A stretch of DNA of 33,830 bases from Erysipelotrichaceae bacterium. Its GTDB lineage: Bacteria > Bacillota_I > Bacilli_A > Erysipelotrichales > Erysipelotrichaceae. Positions within the stretch are counted from its first letter, which is position 1. The number at the start of each line of letters is the position of its first letter. This document shows, piece by piece, positions 16,500 to 23,377 of the stretch. The position numbers and the translations under genes were made by a program. The stretch is taken from positions 1 to 33,830 of the forward strand of contig JABUSI010000382.1 in NCBI GenBank assembly GCA_021442745.1, written 5' to 3'. Under the pieces are notes generated by a model, which worked only from the letters and a program-made list of their open reading frames with translations, did no database searches and was not told where the DNA came from.

Positions 16500-19121
16500 A
16501 TGAAAAAACTAACAGGTTCCGAAGTAAGAAGTATGTTTCTGAAGTATTTTGAAGGAAAAGGTCATATGGTTGAACCGGGGGCAAGTCTGGTTCCGCACAA
16601 TGACCCGACCTTATTGTGGATCAATGCCGGCGTTGCGGCATTGAAGAAGTATTTTGACGGCAGTGAAAAACCGCGCTGCAACCGTATAACCAATGCCCAG
16701 AAGTCCATTCGTACCAACGATATCGAAAACGTAGGGAAGACGGCCCGTCACCATACGTTCTTTGAAATGCTGGGTAATTTCTCCATCGGGGATTATTTCA
16801 AACCGGAGGCGATTCCGTTTGCGTGGGAGTTTCTGACCAGTCCGGAATGGATCGGATTTGATAAGGAAAAGCTGTACGTAACCGTTTATATCGATGATGA
16901 CGAAGCGTACCGGATCTGGACGGAAGTATGTCATGTCAGTCCGACACACATTTTGCGTACCCCGAATAACTTCTGGGAAATCGGTGAAGGGCCGAGCGGA
17001 CCGGACAGTGAAATCTTCTATGACCGCGGGGAAAAGTATGACCCGCAGGGATTGGGAGAACGTCTGTTCTTTGAAGAACTGGAAAATGACCGTTACATTG
17101 AAGTATGGAACGTTGTGTTCTCTCAATACGATGCCAAGGAAGGTGTAGACCGTAAGGATTACAAGGAACTTCCGCAGAAGAATATCGATACCGGTATGGG
17201 TCTGGAACGTCTGGTTTCCATCATTCAGGAAGGGGAAACCAACTTTGATACGGACTTGTTTCTGCCGATTATCCGGGCTACCGAAGCGTTTACGGATAAG
17301 AAGTATGAAGGCGACAACAAGATGGCGTACCGCGTGATTGCCGACCATATCCGTACGGTAACCTTTGCGATTGCCGACGGTGCCATGTTTGCGAACAACG
17401 GCCGCGGATATATCTTGCGCCGGGTACTTCGCAGAGCGGTTCGTTACGGTAAAAAACTGGGCATCAAAGGTGCGTTTATGTATCGTCTGGTACCGGTTGT
17501 TGCCGATATCATGAAGGATTTCTATCCTTATGTTGTGGAAAAAGTGGAATTGATTCAGAAGCTGGTGAAGGCGGAAGAAGAAAGCTTCCATGCAACCTTG
17601 CAGGAAGGGGAACGGATTCTGGAAGAATATCTGTCCAAGACGACGGACGTATTGGCCGGTGCCGATGTCTTCAAACTGTATGATACGTACGGATTCCCGG
17701 TGGAACTGACGGAAGAAATTGCGTCAGAACGCGGTATTTCCATTGATCATGAAGGATTCAAGGTGGAAATGGACAAACAGCGTCAGCGGGCAAGAGATGC
17801 CCGTGAGGATGAACAATCCATGTCCAGTCAGTCTGCGGATCTGATGAACTTTGAAACGGAAAGTACGTTCTTAGGATATGAAGTATTGCATGCTGACGGT
17901 ATGATTATCGGCTTGTTCAAGGACGGCTGTCAGGTAGATTGTATTGCCGATGAAGGCGATATTATTCTGGATCAGACACCGTTCTATGCCGAAAGCGGCG
18001 GACAGATTGCCGATATCGGTACTATGACGGCGGAAGGTATCCGCGTGGAAGTAACCGACATAAAAAAAGCACCGCACAAACAACCGTTGCATCACGTTAT
18101 TGTGAAGGAAGGACAACTGAAGGCAAAAACCGTTCTGCATCTGCAGGTTGACGAAGCAAGAAGAAACCGTATTGCGGCGAACCACTCCAGCATCCATCTT
18201 TTGCAGAGTGCATTGCGTACCGTAGTCGGTACTCACGTTGCTCAGGCAGGTTCTTATGCCGGTGACGAATATGCCCGGTTTGACTTCACGCATTTTGAGA
18301 AAGTCAGCGAACAGCAACTGAAGACCATTGAAGAAATGGTAAACAGCTTTATTTACAATCACTATGCCGTTGTAACGGATGTCATGGACGTGGAAGCGGC
18401 TAAAAAGACCGGTGCTATGGCATTGTTTGATGAAAAGTACGGGGATAAGGTACGTGTTGTCAGAATGGGTGATGCTTCCATGGAACTTTGCGGAGGTACT
18501 CACGTATCCAATACGCAGGAAATCGGTGTCTTTAAGATTCAGTCTGAAGAATCCGTCGGTTCCGGTATCCGTCGTATTACTTCCAAAACGGGCCTGGCTG
18601 CCTATCGGGAATTGATTGCCCGTGAAAACAGTCTGAAGAACGTTGCGGGTATGATGAAACTGACTTCCATCAATCAGGTAGAAGACAAAGTAGCTCAGTT
18701 ACTGGAGGAAAACAACGGTTTACGGAAAGAAAAAGAATCACTGGAAAGCCAGTTAACCGTCTATAAAGCAAAGGATCTGGTAAACCAGGCAGAAGAAATC
18801 AACGGAAAACAGGCATTGTTCGTATCCTATACCGATGCGGATTCTTCCGCTCTGAAGAGTATGGCGGAAACCTTACGTGATCAGCTGACTAACGGATTTG
18901 TCTTTATTTCGAACGTTTCTGAAGGAAAGGTTGTCTTTGCGGTTGCCTGCGACAAGGCTTGGAATCAGGCCGGAATCAAGGCCGGTGACATTGCGAAGAA
19001 GGCTGCCCAGATGGCAGGCGGCAACGGCGGCGGACGTCCGGATATTGCCCAGGCCGGTGGTAAGGATTCGTCAAATCTTCGTGAAATCGTGAAAACAATT
19101 CGTGAGATGCTTTCATTCTAG
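16500..19121 (+). CDS. alaS: Alanine--tRNA ligase
   Basis: 873-aa protein. GAAGGAG sits 8 nt before the ATG at 16500. The class II core, the editing-domain HxxxH/CGGTH motifs and the C-terminal GGNGGGRPD motif are present. Confidence 0.95.
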   Translation: MKKLTGSEVRSMFLKYFEGKGHMVEPGASLVPHNDPTLLWINAGVAALKKYFDGSEKPRCNRITNAQKSIRTNDIENVGKTARHHTFFEMLGNFSIGDYFKPEAIPFAWEFLTSPEWIGFDKEKLYVTVYIDDDEAYRIWTEVCHVSPTHILRTPNNFWEIGEGPSGPDSEIFYDRGEKYDPQGLGERLFFEELENDRYIEVWNVVFSQYDAKEGVDRKDYKELPQKNIDTGMGLERLVSIIQEGETNFDTDLFLPIIRATEAFTDKKYEGDNKMAYRVIADHIRTVTFAIADGAMFANNGRGYILRRVLRRAVRYGKKLGIKGAFMYRLVPVVADIMKDFYPYVVEKVELIQKLVKAEEESFHATLQEGERILEEYLSKTTDVLAGADVFKLYDTYGFPVELTEEIASERGISIDHEGFKVEMDKQRQRARDAREDEQSMSSQSADLMNFETESTFLGYEVLHADGMIIGLFKDGCQVDCIADEGDIILDQTPFYAESGGQIADIGTMTAEGIRVEVTDIKKAPHKQPLHHVIVKEGQLKAKTVLHLQVDEARRNRIAANHSSIHLLQSALRTVVGTHVAQAGSYAGDEYARFDFTHFEKVSEQQLKTIEEMVNSFIYNHYAVVTDVMDVEAAKKTGAMALFDEKYGDKVRVVRMGDASMELCGGTHVSNTQEIGVFKIQSEESVGSGIRRITSKTGLAAYRELIARENSLKNVAGMMKLTSINQVEDKVAQLLEENNGLRKEKESLESQLTVYKAKDLVNQAEEINGKQALFVSYTDADSSALKSMAETLRDQLTNGFVFISNVSEGKVVFAVACDKAWNQAGIKAGDIAKKAAQMAGGNGGGRPDIAQAGGKDSSNLREIVKTIREMLSF

Positions 19122-19165
19122 TATCACAAATGATAAAATAGATATAAGTATGAAGGAGGGTCGTT

Positions 19166-19426
19166 ATGGAAAACAGAACAACGGAAACATTGGCAATTCG
19201 TTCCGATGAAATTCGCAAGCAGAACATTAAAGAAGTATTGACTTTGGTGGAAACCGCCTTGCAGGAAAGAGGTTATAATGCCGTAAACCAGATCGCGGGG
19301 TACCTGATTTCCTCTGACCCGGCATACATTTCAAGTTATCACAATGCACGGACTGTGATTCAACAGGTGGAACGTCATGAAATTATTGAAGAACTGGTAC
19401 GTTCCTATTTAGAGAACATCCAATGA
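19166..19426 (+). CDS. ireB: IreB-family regulatory phosphoprotein (UPF0297, YrzL)
   Basis: 86-aa protein with the GYNAVNQIAGYLISSDPAYISS signature. It sits in the conserved position after alaS. Confidence 0.85.
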   Translation: MENRTTETLAIRSDEIRKQNIKEVLTLVETALQERGYNAVNQIAGYLISSDPAYISSYHNARTVIQQVERHEIIEELVRSYLENIQ

Positions 19427-19839
19427 AGTGCATGGGATTGGATCTGGGAAGCCGGACGTTAGGAATTGCGACCAGTGATTCCTTAGGATGGTTTGCCGGA
19501 GCATTAACGACCATTCGGTTTGCAGAAGACGATTACGATACAGCTTTGGAAAAACTGTTGCCTCTGATTCAGGAAAATAAGATTGAAACCATCGTTCTGG
19601 GATTGCCGAAGCATATGAACGGTGACGTTGGTATCCGCGGGGAAATTTCAATCCGGTTCAAGGAAATGCTGGAAGACGTATGTGACGTTCCGGTCATTCT
19701 GTGGGATGAACGGTTGACAACTGTTGCTGCCAGCAAATCGTTGATTTCACAGGATGTTTCCCGTAAAAAACGGAAGCAGATTATTGACCAGCAGGCGGCG
19801 GTCGTTATTTTACAAGGATATCTGGATAGTAAAAAATAA
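19423..19839 (+). CDS. ruvX: Holliday-junction resolvase-like nuclease RuvX (YqgF)
   Basis: ATGA overlap with ireB. It has the GLDLGSRTLGIA N-terminus and a WDERLTT motif. Confidence 0.9.
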   Translation: MKCMGLDLGSRTLGIATSDSLGWFAGALTTIRFAEDDYDTALEKLLPLIQENKIETIVLGLPKHMNGDVGIRGEISIRFKEMLEDVCDVPVILWDERLTTVAASKSLISQDVSRKKRKQIIDQQAAVVILQGYLDSKK

Positions 19840-19867
19840 GGGATTTGGACACAAATCCCTGTTTTTA
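19840..19867 (+). terminator. Intra-operon hairpin + T-tract (partial terminator/attenuator) between ruvX and the DUF1292 gene
   Basis: GGGATTTG-gaca-CAAATCCC followed by TGTTTTTA, starting 1 nt after the ruvX stop. Confidence 0.55.
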
Positions 19868-19880
19868 AAGGAGGAAAATT

Positions 19881-20135
19881 ATGGATAAAACGTTCTATGT
19901 AACGGATGAACAGGGAAATGAAATCGAAATGGAAATTTTGTTTACCTTCCAGCCGGACGGAAGCAATATCAATTACGTAGTTTACACCAATCCGAACGAT
20001 ACGGAAGGTACGGCGTATGCTTCACGTTATGATGAGGACGGGAACCTGTTTGAGTTACAATCCGATGAAGAATGGGAAATGATTGAAGAGGTTATGAGTG
20101 CCTTTATCAGTGAGGATGAAGACGATGAGGGCTAA
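19881..20135 (+). CDS. DUF1292-family small acidic protein (YrzB-like)
   Basis: RBS AAGGAGG. The 84-aa protein has the EILFTF...YVVY pattern and an acidic tail, and sits in the conserved position. Confidence 0.75.
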   Translation: MDKTFYVTDEQGNEIEMEILFTFQPDGSNINYVVYTNPNDTEGTAYASRYDEDGNLFELQSDEEWEMIEEVMSAFISEDEDDEG

Positions 20136-21174
20136 GAAAATACTGATTGCCGTACTGGCGGTTCTGGTGATTGTCATCGGAGCAGCCGGCGGGGCATACG
20201 GATATTACGTATCCAATCTGTTACCGGCGGAAAAAGAATCGGAGGAAGTGACGTTTTCGATTGAATCCGGGGATTCGGTGGAAAACGTACTGACAAACCT
20301 GGAAGAAGCCGGTCTGATCAGGAATTCTTTTGTCGGAAAGATTTATGTGAAACTGAGTAAAAAACACGAAATCAAGGCAGGGGATTTTATTCTGGATAAG
20401 TCCTGGGGAACCAAAACTATCATGGATGTTCTGAACGATTCCTCCAGTGCCATGACGGAGCAGATTTACGTTACGATTCCGGAAGGAACCTGGGCAAAGG
20501 ATATTGCGAAGATTATGGAAGAGAATACCAATGTTACGGCGGAAGAACTGCTGGCATTGTGGAATGACCGGGATTATATTACCGAACTGGCGGATAAATA
20601 TTTCTTTATTACGCCGGAGGTATTGAACAGTGAACACGTATATCTGGAAGGATATTTGTTCCCGGAAACCTATGCTTTTCTGAAAAACACCAGTGCCAAG
20701 GCAATTACGGCACGTTTTCTGGATCATACCGAAGAGATTCTGTCACAGTACACGGATTTGATGGAAGCCAGCAGTCTGAACATTCACGAAGTCATGACAC
20801 TGGCATCGGTTGTGCAATATGAAGCGAATACCGAAAAGGATATGAAACTGATTGCCGGTGTATTTTTTAACCGGATGAAACAGGGGATGAAGTTACAGTC
20901 CAGCGTAACGGTATGTTATGCGTTATACGAATTTGACAGCTGGACGGAATGTGAAACGAATTCGAATATCAAGTCAAAGTACAATACGTACAAGTATGAA
21001 GGATTGCCTCCGGGACCGATTCTGAACCCGGGAGAGACTGCCATTCATGCGGTACTGGAACCGACGAAATCAAAGTATCTGTATTTTATGGCGGATGTAT
21101 ACGGAAACGGAAAAGTACATTACGCCAAAACGTATGCTGAACATCTTGCAAACGTTCAGAAATATCTGTACTAG
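20125..21174 (+). CDS. mltG: Endolytic murein transglycosylase MltG (YceG family)
   Basis: An N-terminal TM anchor and the YceG core (LEGYLFPETY, ASVVQYEA, PPGPILNPG). The start was chosen 8 nt after GAGGA; 20116 is an alternative. Confidence 0.88.
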   Translation: MRAKKILIAVLAVLVIVIGAAGGAYGYYVSNLLPAEKESEEVTFSIESGDSVENVLTNLEEAGLIRNSFVGKIYVKLSKKHEIKAGDFILDKSWGTKTIMDVLNDSSSAMTEQIYVTIPEGTWAKDIAKIMEENTNVTAEELLALWNDRDYITELADKYFFITPEVLNSEHVYLEGYLFPETYAFLKNTSAKAITARFLDHTEEILSQYTDLMEASSLNIHEVMTLASVVQYEANTEKDMKLIAGVFFNRMKQGMKLQSSVTVCYALYEFDSWTECETNSNIKSKYNTYKYEGLPPGPILNPGETAIHAVLEPTKSKYLYFMADVYGNGKVHYAKTYAEHLANVQKYLY

Positions 21175-21186
21175 GGGTGAAACACT

Positions 21187-21807
21187 ATGAGAAAACCAAT
21201 TATTATCGGGATTGCCGGAGGCAGTGCATCAGGGAAAACAAGTATTGCGGAGATTCTGAAGAAGACGTTTGAAGAACAGAAATCCGTAGTCATCATTCGT
21301 TCGGACGATTACTACAAGTGTCAGGATCATCTGACAATGGAAGAACGGGTGAAGACCAATTATGACCATCCGTTTGCGTTTGATACCGATCTGATGGTGG
21401 AACATATCATGGAACTTCTGAAAGGACGTTCCATTGAAAAACCGACGTATGATTATACGATTCATAACCGCAGCAAGGTGACGGAAACGATTGAGCCGTG
21501 TGACGTTATCGTACTGGAAGGTCTGTTTGTGCTGGAAGACGAACAGATCCGCAGTCTGTTGGATATTAAGATTTTCGTGGATACGGATGCGGACGTTCGG
21601 TTTATCCGACGTCTGAAACGGGACGTGGAAGAACGCGGAAGATCGCTGGATAACATTGTCAATCAGTATATGACAACGGTTCGGGTGATGCACAATCAGT
21701 TTGTGGAACCGTCAAAGCGCTATGCGGATCTGATTATTCCGGAAGGCGGTCATAATACCGTTGCGATTGATTTGCTGACGACAAAAATCAGTAGCATCTT
21801 AAAATAG
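21187..21807 (+). CDS. udk: Uridine kinase
   Basis: P-loop [12 protein letters not shown] and the DDYY and DHP motifs in a 206-aa protein. Confidence 0.92.
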   Translation: MRKPIIIGIAGGSASGKTSIAEILKKTFEEQKSVVIIRSDDYYKCQDHLTMEERVKTNYDHPFAFDTDLMVEHIMELLKGRSIEKPTYDYTIHNRSKVTETIEPCDVIVLEGLFVLEDEQIRSLLDIKIFVDTDADVRFIRRLKRDVEERGRSLDNIVNQYMTTVRVMHNQFVEPSKRYADLIIPEGGHNTVAIDLLTTKISSILK

Positions 21808-21811
21808 TTTG

Positions 21812-21820
21812 TGTTATAAT
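21812..21820 (+). promoter_or_regulatory. Extended -10 promoter (TGtTATAAT) for greA
   Basis: A perfect TG-N-TATAAT lies 22 nt upstream of the ATG at 21842. Confidence 0.55.
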
Positions 21821-21841
21821 TCGGTCTCGGGAGTGATAAAG

Positions 21842-22324
21842 ATGGAAAAAGAAAAGATTCAGTTAACCAAAGAAGGGTTAGCATTAGTACAAAAAGAATA
21901 TGATGAACTGGTTCATGTAACCCGTCAGGAAGTTATTTCGGATTTGGCTGCAGCCAGAGCACAGGGTGACTTATCGGAAAATGCCGACTACGACGCTGCA
22001 AGAGATCGTCAGGCAAGAGTAGAAGCAAGAATCCGTGATCTGGATTATATGCTCCAGAATTATGAAATCATTGACGATGTACAGGATACCAAGGGACCTC
22101 GTACCATTCATTTGGGTTCTACCGTAACGTTACACGATCTGGATATGGATGAAATCGATACGTATACCATCGTAGGTTCTATCGAATCCGATCCGTTAAT
22201 CGGTAAGTTATCCAACGAAACTCCGCTGGCTAAGGCAATTCTGAACCACAAAATGGGCGATGTTGTAACGGTACAGGTTGCAGAACCGTATGAAGTTAAG
22301 ATTTTAAAAGTTGAAGCTGAATAA
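21842..22324 (+). CDS. greA: Transcription elongation factor GreA
   Basis: LTKEGL...GDLSENADYDAAR coiled-coil tip with acidic residues in a 160-aa protein. The upstream track extension lacks an RBS. Confidence 0.92.
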   Translation: MEKEKIQLTKEGLALVQKEYDELVHVTRQEVISDLAAARAQGDLSENADYDAARDRQARVEARIRDLDYMLQNYEIIDDVQDTKGPRTIHLGSTVTLHDLDMDEIDTYTIVGSIESDPLIGKLSNETPLAKAILNHKMGDVVTVQVAEPYEVKILKVEAE

Positions 22325-22352
22325 CAAAAAAGACACTCCGGTGTCTTTTTTT
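22325..22352. terminator. Bidirectional intrinsic terminator after greA
   Basis: A6-AGACAC-tccg-GTGTCT-T7. Confidence 0.85.
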
Positions 22353-22354
22353 CA

Positions 22355-22382
22355 TAAAAAAGCCGTTTTGGGGAAAACGGCT
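22355..22382 (-). terminator. Minus-strand-oriented intrinsic terminator with no annotated minus-strand gene upstream of it
   Basis: On the minus strand, AGCCGTTTT-cccc-AAAACGGCT is followed by T6AT. On the plus strand no T tract follows. Confidence 0.65.
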
Positions 22383-22563
22383 GCAGGTGTTTCATCTCTG
22401 AAACAAATATTTTCAAAATAAGGAGAGGAAATGTAAACAATTTGTTTACACTGATATAGTACCGTATAGTCTACATACAATTATCAAAAGAGTATGTGAA
22501 ATTATGGGAAGTGTTTTTTTGGGAAAATGTGGTAAAATAAATAGCAATCAGGAGGTTGTATGT

Positions 22564-22728
22564 ATGGCAAAAAAGAATAGTAAACTGGTTTGGGCAGCTA
22601 TCGGTGCTGCAGCAGCATTAACGGCAGTTGCCGTAGGTTGTGCGTACGTTTATCAGAAGAAGAATGACAAGAAACCGTTGAGACTGATTCCTTTGACAAA
22701 AAAGGAAAAGGTGGCTGAACAGAAATAG
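22564..22728 (+). CDS. Small (54-aa) single-pass membrane protein, unknown function
   Basis: AGGAGG sits 8 nt before the ATG at 22564. It has a Lys-rich N-terminus, one Ala/Gly-rich TM helix (LVWAAIGAAAALTAVAVGCAYVY) and a Lys-rich tail. Confidence 0.55.
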   Translation: MAKKNSKLVWAAIGAAAALTAVAVGCAYVYQKKNDKKPLRLIPLTKKEKVAEQK

Positions 22729-22782
22729 GAAAACGTATGTCGCAAAATGACATATGTTTTTCATATGAAATGAGGTGAAAGG

Positions 22783-23352
22783 ATGAACGTATACGATTTT
22801 GATAAAACCATCTATGTTCATGACAGTACGATGGAATTTCTGAAATATTGTATCCGTAAACAACCGCTTCTGGCCGTATGGTTGCCGAAGGTGGCGGTGG
22901 TTTTTCTGGGATATCGCTGTCATCTGTACGACAAAACAAAGATGAAGGAATCGTTTTATACGACATTTTTGCCTCGGATTACCGACATTGATGAAAAGAT
23001 TACCGCATTCTGGGATGAAAAGGAATCCGGGATTAAATCCTGGTATCTGCATCAGCAGAAAGCGGATGACGTAATCATCAGCGCATCACCTGAGTTTCTG
23101 ATCAAACCGATCTGTGAACGGCTGCACATTTCGTATGTTCTGGCATCGCGGGTGGATCCGTATACCGGAAAGTACACCGGACTGAACTGCCACGGGGAAG
23201 AAAAAGTGAGACGGTTTGAACAAATGGAATGGTATGGTGTTGTTGATGAGTTTTACAGCGATTCCTACAGCGATACGCCGCTTGCCAGACTGGCAGTGAA
23301 AAAAGCGGTATTGGTGGACGGGGATAACCTGTCGGAGTGGAAAAAGCGGTAA
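22783..23352 (+). CDS. HAD-IB subfamily phosphatase-like hydrolase
   Basis: RBS GAGGTGAAAGG. It has the N-terminal DFDKT nucleophile motif (DxDxT), ISASP motif II and a C-terminal SDSYSD acidic motif. Confidence 0.7.
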   Translation: MNVYDFDKTIYVHDSTMEFLKYCIRKQPLLAVWLPKVAVVFLGYRCHLYDKTKMKESFYTTFLPRITDIDEKITAFWDEKESGIKSWYLHQQKADDVIISASPEFLIKPICERLHISYVLASRVDPYTGKYTGLNCHGEEKVRRFEQMEWYGVVDEFYSDSYSDTPLARLAVKKAVLVDGDNLSEWKKR

Positions 23353-23377
23353 AAAGGGTCTTGCAGGAGGTTAATAT

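Noticed and set aside
16611-17591. 326-aa ORF on the minus strand antisense to alaS
   Set aside because: It is a shadow ORF inside alaS, with no RBS and a composition typical of the antisense frame. The same reasoning applies to 17871-18503.
22504-22563. Longer 74-aa version of the small membrane protein ORF
   Set aside because: The ATG at 22504 has no RBS, whereas AGGAGG precedes the in-frame ATG at 22564. The extension is non-hydrophobic and probably 5' UTR.
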